From the NCBI RefSeq assembly GCF_009914755.1, contig NC_060936.1: a DNA stretch of 64,000 bases; one strand, written 5' to 3'. Below, piece after piece: positions 44,083 through 64,000 of the stretch. The DNA comes from the human T2T-CHM13v2.0 reference genome, Homo sapiens. The stretch's first letter is position 1. The number at the start of each line of letters is the position of its first letter. The notes beneath the pieces were generated by a model. The model saw only the letters and a list, made by a program, of their open reading frames with translations. It had not been told where the DNA came from and searched no databases. Both the position numbers and the translations under genes were made by a program.

Positions 44083-47000
44083 CTAGCTGCAATGTTAAAC
44101 CACTAGTAATTCAAAAAGAAAAAGCGATCACAAACTTCTCTGACATTACCAACTTTATGCTAAAATTACTCCCACCACTTCCTAAAATAATCTTTCCTTG
44201 TCTCTCTTCTGTTTAAACTCCTACTTGTCCATGAAGCCTCCCTAAAGCTCATGCCTCCTTGAAAAGGTGTCAGAACTGCCTCGAGGATGTTTCAACCCAC
44301 AACATTCTTCTGTCTTCTGACTTTCTAAGCAATTGTTGTGTACCAACTCAGGCATTCAATTGCTTATTCCCCTGTGTTGTTATTCAGTCCTCATACATAC
44401 ATCTTGGCCTCATCTCAACTAAACAATAGCCAAAGGCATGAGCTATAATTATTTGTATCTCTGACAGCATTTTCCACTGTATATTCTGACGACAGCATCT
44501 TCCACTGTACAGTCTAACAACAGGTCTCAGATTTTTAGAGAAAGTTACCAGAGCAGGAATGACTCTCAGAGCATGAAAATGTTCAAGTTATATCAGATCA
44601 ATCACATTTGAGAAATAAAAGGGAACTATAAACGCTACATCAGAGCAAAAAATTTACCTTTACTTGAAATAAATTTGAAAGGATGTCAGTTAAGATCAAC
44701 CCAATTAATCAATCCATTCATTCATGCATCCATCAAGTATTTATTCAGCATCTACTGGGTACCAATCACTTTCTAGTGGCTAAGAATACAGCAGAGAATA
44801 AGACAAGGTCCCTACTTTGATAGTTAGCTGGACTATGTACCTCTCACAAACCCCCCAAAACAAAGAGACCCTTTAAAAAGGCTCTGTGTGGCCATTGGCA
44901 TCTCTAGTATAAAATCCATTACGTTATAAGTCATGCTTCTCATGTGAAGTATCCAATAAATGTATATTCACAAAACATTAAAGCTAAAATGAGGCTCTTA
45001 GAAATATAGTCTCATAGTTTGTAAACATTTTTTAAACAATGAAACCTTTCCCAGAAAACAAGTCCACACGAAATAGATAAGAGGGGCTACTCCCAACCCA
45101 CAAGGCAGCTGGGAGTAACTCAGTTTGGGAACCACTGAGGATCACAATTTGTGCTGCACCTAGGAGCAGGCCAGACGGTCCCCACTCTCAGGCCAGGCCT
45201 CTTTCTAACTCATCTATTTGTTGCCTTTGGCCAAGAACACACTCAAATATATCTGTTTAATGAGTGAACTAATCAAATACAAAAATGATAACTAATTTCT
45301 TGAAATAAGGCCAGTATAAGACACTGGTCACCACTGAGGCTGAACATAACTTGAGCTAGACCCAGTTTTCAATTCTCCTTTTCACAGAAAATAACTCATT
45401 GATTCAAAATGGCAACAGAAAAGCAGGAAAGCAAAAGGGAGCAGAGAGGTCAGGGAAAAATTACCATTCATTACGAGTAGATTCTATGTGAACCTATTTT
45501 GCTTCCTTATGCAAGTTAATTCTTGGATATTTGTTTCCATACTTAGTGCACAAAGGAAGTGATACGTTATACATACACCATACCCCCACACACAGATACA
45601 CATACACATATACACACTGATCTACAACCCTCTATTAGTAATCCTGAAATCCAAAATGCTCTGAATACTGGAGGGGCTTTCAACTTTTTGTTTCTAATTT
45701 TTAATTTTTTTAATTTTATTTTTCTGATTTTTAATTTTTTTTTTTTTCAAAACAGACCAGCCCTACCTAGAGATCTTTTTGTACCTTATTTGGCAACTAA
45801 ACTTGACCTGCCCTGTACTTATTTGGTGGCAAAATGACTAAACTGACTTGAGGCTAGGTATAGTCTGTATTTTCCTGAGTGTGAAGAATTGTGGACTTGT
45901 ATATAAATGGTTCGATTAAATAATGATGGCCCTGAAATAATAAATTTTAACTCAAAAACACGTTTTAAAATCTATACAGTAGCAACTAACAGAGAACAAA
46001 TTATTTAAAAACCAGAAGTTTCTAAGCTAAAAAGGATCTTAAGAGCAGTCAATCTAGTAACACCATTTGTGGAGCTAACTAATTTACAATAGACTGATTA
46101 CCTGCTACCTACAGTCCAAGGCAATGCATTTTTGTGACCACTAGTCCCCATTCTGAAGGCTCTCCCTGTGGGAGTTGTTTTTTTTTTTTTTTTTTTTTTT
46201 TTTTTTGAGACCAGGTCTACCAGGCTGGAGTGGATGGCACAATCACAGGCACTGCACCTCAAACTCCTGGGCTCAAGCAACACTCCTGCCACAGCCTCCT
46301 GCCTCCTGAGCAGCTGGGACTACAGGCATGTGCCACCACACCTAGCTAACTTTTTTTATTTATGTATTTATTTTTGAGACAAGGTTTCACTCTGTCACCC
46401 AGGCTTAAGTGCAGTGGTGCAATCACGGCTCATGCAGCCTCAACCACCAGGGCTCAAGTGATCCTCCCACCCCAGTCTCCCAAGCAGCTGGGACTACTCT
46501 ACTTTTTTTGCAGAGATAGGGTTTCGCCATGTTGCCCAGGCTGGTCTCAAACTCCTGAGCTCAAGCAATTCTCCTGCCTCGGCCTGCCAAAGTGCTGGGA
46601 TTACAGGTGTGAGCCACCACGCCCAGCCTTTATTTTTATTTTTTTTTGTAGAGACAGGGTCTCCTTTGTTTCCCAGGCTTGTCCAACTCCTGACTTCAAG
46701 CAATCCTCCAGCCTTAGTCTCCCAAAGTCCTGGGATTACAGGCATGAGCCACCTCACCCAGCTTGTTTTGTTTGATACTTCCTTCCCTCAATTCTACTTC
46801 TCGAAGTTTGGATGAGTATAGAAAAGGCTTATCAAAATACAGCATCAAATACCTGTTATATTGAGAGGAGGAGACGATAACAAATTTACAGTTAACAATG
46901 ATCTTCTGAGGGCCAGGCACAGTGGCTCGCACCTATAATCCCAGCATTTTGGGAGGCCAAGGCAGGCGGATCACCTAAGGTCCAGAGTTTGAGACCAGCC

Positions 47001-47399
47001 TGGCCAACATGGTGAAACCCTGTCTCTACTAAAAATACAAAAACTTAGTCTAGCGTGATGGCGGGTGCCTATAATCCCAGCTACTCCGGAGGGTGGGGCA
47101 GGGAAAATTACTTGAACCTGGAAGGTGGAGGTTGCAGTGAGCTGAGATCACCCCACTGCACTCCAGCGTGGGCAAGAGTGAGACTCTATCTCAAAACAAA
47201 ACAAAAAAAACAATGATCTTCTTAGTCCAAAAGGACTTACAATTAGTGAGCTTACAATCCATTACAATTAGTGAGATTATTAACAAGTTGGTAATATTAA
47301 CTATATGATCAAAGTATTCTGATTCAAGGATATATTTCAAAATAAGGTTTAAGGACATAAAAGAGTTGATAATATAATAGCAGCAGTAGCCATGACCAT

Positions 47400-48160
<761 letters not shown>

Positions 48161-48493
48161 ATGATCATTATCAACTGGAGTCAGCAATCAAGGCCAAATC
48201 TGCCTAATCATGCAGCTCCTCTTTTCCATTATGCCTTACAAGTTAACCACAGGCCAGCTGCCTTCACCTCTCATGACACCTGTTGGCACTGTCTGCCTCT
48301 CATTTCTCTTGTCTGTTCCAAACCTTATGATCTGTGGCCATTTCAGGACTGCAACAAAATGTCTCTCTTTTGGTAAACAGCCAAGCATGGAATGAAAGCA
48401 AAAAGAAAAGGATATAAAATGAAAAATTCGGGCCAGGTGCGGTGGCTTACACCTGTAATCCCAACACTTTGGGAGGCCAAGGCAGGCAGATCA

Positions 48494-48754
<261 letters not shown>

Positions 48755-49532
48755 TTAAGTCATCTTCACACTGCATGGGACTTAATAAACAGTTAACTCA
48801 AAATTAATCAAGGCCAAAAAAATCACACAAAAGCAATAAGGCACCTAACTACACACAGATACATTAAGTTGCAACACATGAAACAAAGACGAGCAAGTAC
48901 TATAATATTAAGTACATATTTCACACTTACAAATCTGGAGCTTTCTCACCCTTATGGTAAGACATTTTTTCCCAGCCTCTAGAACCAAGAACTACTAAAA
49001 AAGTACATGCTCAGAATTCATGCCATATAATTTAGCCATTAAACAAACACTTGCACTGCATTCTCTGGCAGTACCTGGCACTGTGCTTGGGCCAGGGTTA
49101 CAGTATTTACAGACAGCACCTTCTCTTACGGAGCTTACAATCCAGCATGGGTAAAGACTTCAAGCAAATGTATACTGTGGCATTTCTAAAAACTACTCTG
49201 TTAAATTTTAAAACCTTTTGTAACCTCCTACCAAAAAAAAAAAAAAAAAAAGAAAAAGAAAAAAACTAAAACTAAGGAACAGATTTCAAACCACTTAAAA
49301 ATACAGCTTTCCTCCCCGTTGCTAAAAGTGGCTTTCTTGGGCCAGGTGCGGTAGCTCATGCCTGTAACCCCAGCACTTTAGAAAGCCAAGAAGGGAGGAT
49401 CACTTGAGCCCAGGACTTCCAGACCAACCTGGGCAACATAGGGAGACCTCCGTCTCTATTTTTAAAAAACGGTGGGCGAGGGAGCAATATCTAAAATCAC
49501 ATACATGCCTTTTTCCAGTTCTGACTTGCTCA

Positions 49533-50034
<502 letters not shown>

Positions 50035-50255
50035 TGCAGCTCCGGCGACGGACGCCCGCTCGGCTCCGCGCCGCGGCCGCCGCTTCCGGGAGCCGGGAGC
50101 CCACGCCCTCGGCGCGGCGGAGGCGGACCTGCGGCCGGCGAGGCGGCCGGCGCCGCCCGGGTCTGGCCGGGCGAGAGGCGGCTGCGGCGGCGGCGGGGTC
50201 TCCAGCGCCACCTGGAGGACGGAGGGGCATAGGGAAGGTGCGCGCCCTCCCCACC

Positions 50256-50267
50256 TGCGCTTGCGCA
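50256..50267. promoter_or_regulatory. NRF1-like site
   Basis: TGCGCTTGCGCA, an 11/12 match to the palindrome TGCGCATGCGCA. Confidence 0.6.
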
Positions 50268-50292
50268 GCGGGCCCTGAGGGCTGGGCTGGGA

Positions 50293-50301
50293 GGGGCGGA
50301 G
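50293..50301 (+). promoter_or_regulatory. Sp/KLF GC box
   Basis: GGGGCGGAG in the CpG island upstream of exon 1. Confidence 0.6.
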
Positions 50302-51457
50302 CTGAGCTGGGATCCACTTACCCGGTTGGGCAGGCGACCAAGAGAAAACTGCCCCCTGCGTCGAGACTGTGCCATAGACGGTACTATAATGCCATGAATA
50401 TTTTTGTGCATAAAACCTTCTCTGCACTTAGCATTCTCTGCAGAGTGCTAAAAGGAGATGCTGTATGTGGCTCCTTTCCTCCAACCCCCAACTATATTGT
50501 TTGAAAGAGGAAACCTTTGGGTTAAATCTGCCAAAACCGAATTTCGTTCATTCATTTAGTCGTTAAATATGTAATTTGTGCCTGTTAGGTGGCATAGTGC
50601 TTGGTGTCAGGTATTCAAAAATGAACTAGACCTGGCTACTGTTCTCAGAGAGTCTAGTGGGGGAGATAAACATGTAAACCACTAAATACAAGAGTTGTTA
50701 TGATAGAAATCATGCGATGAACTGGAGGGGAACCAGCTCAGGGGTGGCCAGGTAATCCGACTTTGACACCAGGTTTTTCCCACGAGATCCTTTCCTTGGT
50801 GCCTCTGATTTACGAAAGGGAGATCTTTTTCTTAATCCCAATGCACCCTAGTCAATAAGATTTTTTTCCTAGTCACCCTGGGAAACAATACACTTATCTA
50901 ATGTTGCCATCATTCAAAGCATTTTTAAAAATATCTTGGGAACCAGCTTCAGGAAATACTCAAATTCGCACCCTCAGTTTGATGGTCAGGTGGAATTAAC
51001 AGACTTGCAAAAGGGGTTAGCTTCACTCCAATCCAAGGCAAGATTTTTTACACTTTGCTGTCACTTCTTTTAATCCTTCTTTTAAAAAAGATGATTGATA
51101 TATGCTATATGTACATGGCAAAAGATTATTGCAGTTGTACAAGACACATATAGTTCTGAGGTCTTTTCAAGCATGATAACAGATCTGAGGACTTAATCGG
51201 AAGGGGTAAAAAAGCATGGTAACAGATATAAAAACATCTGCCACTCAACAGGACTCTCAGGATAATGGCCAACATTTATGTAGCATCTGCCATGTGCCCA
51301 GCTCATCTAATCCTCACAATAATCTTATAATGGAGATACCATTATTATCCCCATTCTACAGATCAAGAAACTGTGATGAAAAAAAGTAACTATCTAACAT
51401 CACACAAATAGTAAATGACAGAATTGAGATTTGAACCAGGTACTTAGGCTGTAGAAC

Positions 51458-52532
<1,075 letters not shown>

Positions 52533-54125
52533 CCTAGAACCTGTCCTTCTTAAAAAGTATGCTTTGTTGTAGTATGAATTACCCTTAAATTTTTCCTTTA
52601 TCTTTAGGCTCCAACTAGACAGCCTCAAGGGAGGTCAGGAGCATTGTCTAAGTCCTTTCTTCTAGAGAACTTGCTCTTGTTCACTCCCTTTTCCCCCTCC
52701 TCAGGCAGTATGGTTGAACTTAAATAAAATAAATGTGGGTGCAATATGATATACCTGTAGTAGCTACCTTATACAGTTAGGAGGGTTATGTAAAATAACA
52801 CATGAAAATGCTCAAGTGCCTGCGACATTTTTAGTGTTGGAAAAATTTAAGAAAATTAACATTTAGCCTTGTTCTGAAAGCAATGAGGTTTTCAGCAGGA
52901 GAATTAACTGATTAAATATGCACTTCAAGAACATTAGTAGTATGTAAATGCATAATTTGTGGAAATTATTTTTTTAAATTTTTTGTAGAGACAGGGTCTC
53001 ACTATGTTGCCCAGGCTGGTGTTGAACTTCTGGGCTCAAGCAATCCTCCCACTTTGGCCTCCCAACATGCTGGGAGCCACCTCACCTGGCCTGGAAATGA
53101 TTTTAAACTCTCCACATCTGAACAGTGGAAAAAATATGCAGTAGCATCCCATTTATCTGGAAATATTTTATCTGGCAACCTAAAAGAGCCAGAAAAGCCA
53201 AAAGATCAAAAAGGATTCCCAGGAACCCAGTGAAACCCCTGAGTTTTGCTTTTAGAAGAACCCCACAGTCCCTCTCAAAATCTGATAAATATAATTCCGA
53301 GAAACTGTCATCTGGGTTCTCAGTCTATAGCAGATAAATAAATAAATAAAGAGGTCCCTTTCCTGCCTTTCTCCCAAACATGAAGTAACTAGAGAAAAAA
53401 ATGATGTAGAAAATATTTTTTAAAAAAGTCAAATGAATTCCAAAAATGTAATCATCTTCACATCAATGATGTAGATATCTGTAAGAGCAGAGAGATAGAG
53501 TGAAGGCAACAGTACCTCCAAGTACAGTCAGTAGGCTAATATGGCATATAGTGGTGAGCTCAATCTATGAGAAAAGTTTAAGTAATGGTTAGTGTTTATT
53601 CAGCATTTGTGAATGAATGCTTTGTGCTGGGCATTTTATTGGACATTGAGTCTATCTCGTAATGACTTAGGTACCCCAATACTTGGGTACCAAGAAAGAC
53701 ATGGTCCCTGCTTTTGTGGGATTTACACTCTGGAGGGGCATATATATATTGGATTAGTATTGTGAGGGGCACTAACCTAGCCTGGGAGGTCAGGGATGGC
53801 TTCCTGGAGGAGGTGATACTAAAGATTGAGCTGGAGGACTCAAGATGTGGGGTGGGAAGGGAACTATGTTCCAGGCAAGGCTGGCCACATGGAAGGCCTA
53901 ATCTAAGGCAAGAAGGGCTGGAGATGCAATGAAATGGAACTAGAGAGTCTGGCAGGATCTTAAAGGCCATAGCAAGAATGAAAGACCTTATCCTAAAGAC
54001 AATGGAGAATTTTAATAAAGTCTAACAAATGACACAATCAGATAATGAATTTCAAGAGTTATCATAACTGTGGCGTGGAAAATGTATTGGAGGGGGCCTG
54101 AGGAGTTGAAATGAGACCAGTGATA

Positions 54126-54593
<468 letters not shown>

Positions 54594-55264
54594 CAGATGT
54601 TCTGAGCCACTCTTGACCAGGCATGGGAATTCCTGTCCCTTGGCCCAAGCCAGTGCCTAGAAAGTGTATCTGAGTCAGGGATGAAGTATTAGCCTATATA
54701 TCCCCTTGTCCATAGATGTAAAACAACATTCTGCAGTTAATTTCATTAATATTAAAGCTGATCCTCATCTGCCTGTATCTTGCATGATCTTCTCAATTGG
54801 TTCAAAACTCAGGAGACAATGAGAATGTTTTTATGTATTGGACCCTAAAACATTTACCATCTTTGAGTCTCCCTTTGCTTAGCCAGGGTGAAAACTGAAC
54901 ATCCAAAGAAAACAATCTTGCTCAAACAGGGACCTCTTGTCCCAGGCCTACACATATTTTGTGTATAGAAATAGTGTGCTTCAAAAGCCTCACTGTGAGG
55001 TCATAAGAAAATTAAAGAGCTTTCAGTAGCTGATTAAAGTTAAAATACCTCCTGTTAAGTGTATATTTAATTAAGTCCTTCCTTTATTAATGATAAGAAG
55101 ATAAAATGTTCATGTTGTAAATGCTTTCCTTTTAAGCTCTAGGCTTGAAAATCTTGCTTGTTCCCAGGAAACACATTTTGATTTTATTCCCTCCCTTAGT
55201 GTATATTCATAGACATGTAAGTTGTAAGTCATCCTATTCCTTTCTTTAGTCTAAGAAAGCCAGA

Positions 55265-55630
55265 CAGCCATAAAAAAGAATGAAATTATGTCCTTTGCAG
55301 CAACATGAATGGAGCTGGGTGCTATTATCCTAAGTGAACTAACTCAGAAACAGAAAATCAAATGCTGCATGTTCTCATTTATAAGTGGGAGCTAAACAAC
55401 GGGTACACATGGGCATAAAAATGGCAATATTAATAATTAAAACCAGGGACTCCAAAAAAGGTGACAGTTGGGGGGTGATGAGATTTGAAAAATTACCTGT
55501 CAGGTACAGTGTTCACTATTTGGGTAATGGGTACACTAGAAGCTCAATCTTTACTAGTATTCAGTATACCCATTTAACAAACATGCATGTGTATCCCTTC
55601 AATCTGGAATAAAATTAAATACATTTTAAA
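55265..55630 (+). mobile_element. L1PB-type 3' end
   Basis: CAGCCATAAAAAAGAATGAAAT..ATAAGTGGGAGCTAAAC..AACATGCATGTGTATCCC..AATAAA. Confidence 0.8.
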
Positions 55631-55707
55631 AAGAAAGTGAGGATGGCTTTTAATTTTTGCAAACTAGTGCAAACAAAATTATTAAGTAATTTAACTGTTT
55701 CTGATAG

Positions 55708-56142
<435 letters not shown>

Positions 56143-56286
56143 ATTTCAAGAGCCAAAACATAACATGGCTCACTGTTAACTTTTTTGTGAGTTCAAACAC
56201 ATCACATATATATAAAATACCTAATTTTCACATAAATGTAACCATACTTTGTCCTTTTTTTTTTTTTTTTTTTTTTTTTGAGATGA

Positions 56287-56430
<144 letters not shown>

Positions 56431-56689
56431 TAGTATTTTTAGTAGAAATGGGGTTTTACCATGTTAGCCAGGCTGGTCTCAAACTCTCGACCTCAGATGA
56501 TCCGCCCACCTTGGCCTCCCAAAATCCTAGGATTACAGGCATAAGCCACCGCACCAGGCCCAACCATACTTTATTCTGTTTATGTGATATTTACTTGTGG
56601 GTTTTTTTGTACATTTCATCCACTGGAATATAAGCAACATAAAGGCAAGAGACTTACCCATCTTATCCAGAAATGTATCCCTAATCTTA

Positions 56690-57115
<426 letters not shown>

Positions 57116-57851
57116 TTATTAAAGGATATAGAGAATAACCCTATGTTTTGAGGTAGAGCTCATTTGGAAAACTTTCTAGCTTGGGATCATTTTTATATAG
57201 TGGAATATACTAATGTCAACTTGGTTTTAAAACCTCTGTTATTTCTATCATTATTGACTCTGGTTGTTTGTTTGCTTCATTTTGTCTACTACTTCTTTGT
57301 ATCTTTTCTCCCTTTGCCTAAATAACCTTTTCTTTTTTTAGAGACAGGGTCTCTCTGTCACCCTGGCTGGAGTGCAGTGATACCATCTTGGCTTACTGCA
57401 GCCTCGACCTCCTGGGCTCAAGCGATCCTCCCACTGCAGCCCCTGGAGTAGCTGGGATTACAGGTGTGCACCAATATGCCTGGCTAATTTTTGTATTTTT
57501 TGTAGAGATGGGTTTTCGCCATGTTGTCCAGGCTGGTCTTGAACTCCTGAGCTCAGGCAATCCACCCATCTCGGCCTCCCAGAGTGCTGGGATTACAGGC
57601 ATGAGCCATTGTGCCCAGCCTAAATAATCTTTTCAAAAACCAGCTTCTGCCAGGCACGGTGGCTCACAATGGAATCTGGAAAAGAAGGCTGGCCCAGTAG
57701 TCCCAGAACCTTGGGACACCAAGGCAGGAGGATTGCTTGAGGTCATGAGTTCAAGACCAGCCTGGGAAATATATCGAGATGCCCTGTCTCTACTAAAAAT
57801 ACAAAAAATGTGCTGGGCATGGTGGTGTGCGCCTGTAGTCCCAGCTACTCA

Positions 57852-58151
<300 letters not shown>

Positions 58152-58703
58152 TCAAATTTAATATTTAGCTCAATTTTTTCAATTTTATGGTTTTTTAATA
58201 AATGTTTTCCAAAGCATAAATGTCCCTCTAATTACTAATTTTATTGCATCCCATCAATATTGGCACAGAATGCAGGTGCACAATTGGGAGTTGGGGCACT
58301 GCAGTGGGTGTCAGGCCTGGGCACACAATGTACCCATCAGGAGGACCAAGGCAAGGAGGTCACCAGGCCTAGGCCAGGGTGGCAAGGTTCTGAGATACTG
58401 TGATCTCTGGATACGCATGGCTGCTGCAGAGCACAGCTGATGTCCTCCCATACTGGTACCCTAACCCACCATGTGGCAGGAAGAAGAAAACACAAAAACC
58501 AAACAATGAAATCTAGAAAAGAAGAGTGGCCCAGTGGCTCATGCCAGTAGTCCCAGAACCTTGGAACACCAAGGCAGGAGGATTGCTTGAGGTCATGAGT
58601 TCAAGACCAGCCTGGGAAACATATTGAGATCCCCATCTCTACAAAAACTTTTTAAAGAAAGAAATTAGCCAGGCATTGTGGCCCGTGCCTGTAGTACCAG
58701 CTA

Positions 58704-58934
<231 letters not shown>

Positions 58935-59871
58935 TCACTTGAGCCCAGGAGTTTGAGATCAGCCTGGGCAGCGTAGTGAGACCCTGTCTCTAAAAAAATA
59001 AATAAATAAAAAATAAATGGGCACACCATGGGGTAGCCCTGCTCCACAAAGAGCAGTAAAAAAATTTTATGCCAAATAAATAAATATTTTTAAAAGGACG
59101 GAGGAAGGGAGGGGAGCAAATATGGAAAGAGTTGGGGCGGGGGGTGATGCCACCTTCTTCCTGCAACATTCCTTCATCGCCCTCTACTGGCAAAGCTTCA
59201 CATCACACTCACTGCAAAAGAAACGCTTCAAAAGAAGTCCAATTCATTAATACACAGCAAGTTCTGAAGGAGTGAATTTGGAACTGAGAGGCAACAATTG
59301 ATTATTGGCATATCCTTGAAGCCAGGGTTCTAGGTGTGGTTGAAGTTCTCCTAATCAGGTGAATTCACAGAAGATTTCAACCTGGAAGTAAGCTACATGG
59401 AGAGAGAGAGGCAGTGCAAAGGGCGCCTGTTTTGGCTGGAGTGAGTGAGTCAAGGCAGGTGTGGTGCAGTTGGAAGCAGCTTCCTGCCTCTGTAGAAAGC
59501 ATCCTGATCCTGCTCTTTCTGATCCCGGCAGCGTCAGTAGCTCCCTTGACAGCTTAGTTCAGTGGAGTATTAGGACCTGATCTTACAAATTCAACCTAGT
59601 AGTCTCTATCTAGAATACTGTCATAGGTAAAGGCTCTTTGTTCAGACCTCCTGAGGGCTTATGGGTAGGCCAACTTAATCCCTTTCTGTTTAAATCAGTG
59701 AATAGATTCCTTAATCTACAAATAATTACCCTGACCAAAATAAGGTAAGAGAACATAGCTTGTATAATAGTAAAACTCCTTGGAATTCATTGACTCTTCC
59801 TTCGTTGCCTAGCACATTGTCCATTTTTGTAAAGTTTCAGGTTTGCTCAAAAAGAAAATATTCTCACCAAT

Positions 59872-60940
<1,069 letters not shown>

Positions 60941-62263
60941 TTCCCTCTGTGTATTTTTCTGTCTGTCTTGTCTCTCCTGTCTCCCCCTTAGTTCCTAATT
61001 TCTTCCCTGTTTAAGTTCTCACAAACCTCAGGATCAATATGAAGTCCACTGTGATGTACTTTGCAGAATCTACCTATTTGCAAAAGCTAACTCCTACCCT
61101 CATCTTTGTACCTGGTGTTTGAAAACTGGATCAATTTTCTGATCTCCAAGCATTTGGAACTTTCTTTAGTTTTCATCTCCTTAAAACCAAAGCTTCCAAC
61201 CCCACCGGAAACAAACAAACAAGCAAACAAAACACCCAAAGCAGTGAGCACTCAATATATATATTTGATTATCCATAAATGCTGATTCTCTAATTCATTG
61301 CAATGTCAAGTTCATAATTAAATAGGGAGACTTTTGCATTTTGCATAGTCTGCTTTCCAGAATACTGTCAGGGATACTCTGATATTTTGCTATAATGCTT
61401 TGGCAGTGCTCTAGATGTATTAAACTCACTGTAACCAATCCCAGGAGCACAGTAAAAGTCCAAGTGATGCCAACCAACAAGGAAATTTCAGAGTTAATTT
61501 ATCCAAAGTATAAATATCACAGTGAAAGAGTAATAACTGGTGCTTCTGACATTTTAGGCTAAAGGAACGAATAAATGAATGTGGCAAGAACCCCTAGATT
61601 ATACCAAAAGAAGGGTGAATAATTATTAGGGTTAGTGTGAATAGAGAGAAGCTTATGAAAAGGAAAAAGATTTTCTGTTGTCTTTTCTTCTGTCATCAAG
61701 TTCGAACCAGCTGCAGGTTTATCTCAATTGCTCTGCTATGAGGTGCACGTAAAACAAAAAGATTCTAAAAGCTACATTATAAGTCCCTTCCAATGTGGAC
61801 AGCCCTATTCCTTTCCAAGGCCTATATATTCTTTGGATTCTTAGTTTAAAGCAGCAACATTAAAATTGTAAATGAGATAAGGCAGGACTGGTTTTACCAT
61901 TTTCACATCTTACATCATATTAACCTAGATTCAAAGTAAAGTCATTCTTGTTGGATTTATTTTCGTGTCACACAATATGCAGATTCACCACTAATTAATT
62001 TTGAGAATTCTCCTCTAGAAACGTGCTTTTTTATTAAGATAAATTTCTCTCAAATAAGGTTAAATAAACAAAAAATCATGGGTCAAAGCCTCATTGTCTG
62101 CTGAGCAATCATGTATATTGCTTTAATTATTCTTCCTCAATTTCCTTGAAAATTCTCTATTTAACTTTATTGAGATTATAATTAAGATCCTATAAAATTA
62201 GGCCAGGCGCGGTGGCTCATGCCTGTAATCCCAGCACTTTGGGAGGCCAAGGCGGGTGGATCA

Positions 62264-62692
<429 letters not shown>

Positions 62693-62695
62693 TTA

Positions 62696-62806
<111 letters not shown>

Positions 62807-64000
62807 CTAGATTGTAATCCAGCCTGGGCAACAGAGTGAGACCCTGTCTCAAAATAAATAAAATAAAATAAACTCATTATAGGTGAACAGTGCCACTATA
62901 TGTGCATGCCATTTGTGTGCTTTCTTTGCTGAAAAGTCTTCTTCAAACCCTCTGCCCACTTTTTAAATTTGGTTAACCTTCAACAACCTGGCATCTACTC
63001 CTGCTTCTATTAAAACTAACGTCTGAAATAATGAAATGCAGTGGATATAGTGAATCCTAACTAACAAGTCCAGTAGTATATTTTGGTTTATCTTCTCCTT
63101 GACCCTCCTGCAGTATTGGATGTCTTCAATAATCTTTTCTTGAAATGTTGTCTTACTTTGGTGTCCAGGACAGAATACGTTTCTGATTTTTCTGGAAGAT
63201 CTTTGATGACTTCCTTTTCTGGGTTGTAGTCTACCTCCTGCCGTTTCTAGGTGGTGGTTCAGTTCACATAGACTAGACCTCTGCCCTCTGCTTTACTTCT
63301 ACATTTTATTTCATGGCAACTATAATGTCTTCAAGAAAATTTCTAGATTAGCCAGGTGTGGTGGTGGGTGCTTGTAGTCCCAGCTACTCAGGAGGCTGAG
63401 GCATGAGAATCTACTGAACCTGGGAGGCACAGGCTGGAGTGAGCCAAGATTGCGCCACTGCACTCCAGCCTGGGGGACACAGTGAGACTCCATCTCTAAA
63501 AAAAAAAAAAAGAAGGAGGGAAAAAAAGAAATTTTATAGAAGGCAGTGAGATATCTGATGATGTCATCAAGAAACTGGTGTTATGTAAGCATGGTGAGAG
63601 CTGGAGCCGTGGGAAGGAAACTAAATGACAGGCCCTACCATAGTGGAGGGATGCAGCACTGTGAGAAGGGATGCAGCTAGGCAGGAGAGAAACACCCCTT
63701 TGATCTCTTCCTGGTGCCTCCCATTGGTTGAAACCAGAGGTTAGGAGAGTCTGTGTAAAACCGTCCATGTGGTCAGCAAAGGGTATGGGAATGAATCTGG
63801 GAGCAAATGAAAACTAGCCAATACATTCGGGGTCTAAAGCAAACATCTCACCATCTCACCGTGTTTTTTTTTTTTTTGAGTCAGAGTCTTTCTCTGTCAT
63901 CCAGGCTGGAGTTCAGTGGTGTGATCTCGGCTCACTGCAGCCTCCTGCCTCCCAGGTTGAAGCAATTCTCCTGCCTCAGCAACCCGAGTAGCTGGGATTA

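Overview
Human (primate) genomic DNA carrying the 5' half of GNPTAB (GlcNAc-1-phosphotransferase alpha/beta precursor; mucolipidosis II/III gene, 12q23) on the minus strand. Coding exons 1-5 can be read directly with GT-AG boundaries (117+86+120+42+206 = 571 nt, M1 to D190). Exon 1 lies in a CpG-island promoter at about 49.6-50.4 kb, intron 1 is 33.8 kb, and the last ~13.5 kb is upstream intergenic DNA. The rest is repeat-dense: about 65 Alu copies or fragments by manual count, L1/L2/CR1 remnants, MaLR solo LTRs, an ERV1 gag relic, a Tigger transposase relic, hAT MITEs and three small-RNA retropseudogenes (U13, U6, 5S). I see no evidence for a new multi-gene system. The best leads are local: a U13 retrocopy whose target-site duplication copied the exon 3 splice donor; a perfect 31-bp duplication in an intron 1 Alu giving two ATCACGTGA E-boxes; a CpG-retaining Alu monomer with intact Pol III boxes aimed antisense through exon 1; two candidate uORFs beside a (GGC)7 repeat; and a templated patch copied from one Alu locus into another next to an inverted Alu pair. 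Repeat subfamily names come from recalled consensus sequences and repeat boundaries are approximate.
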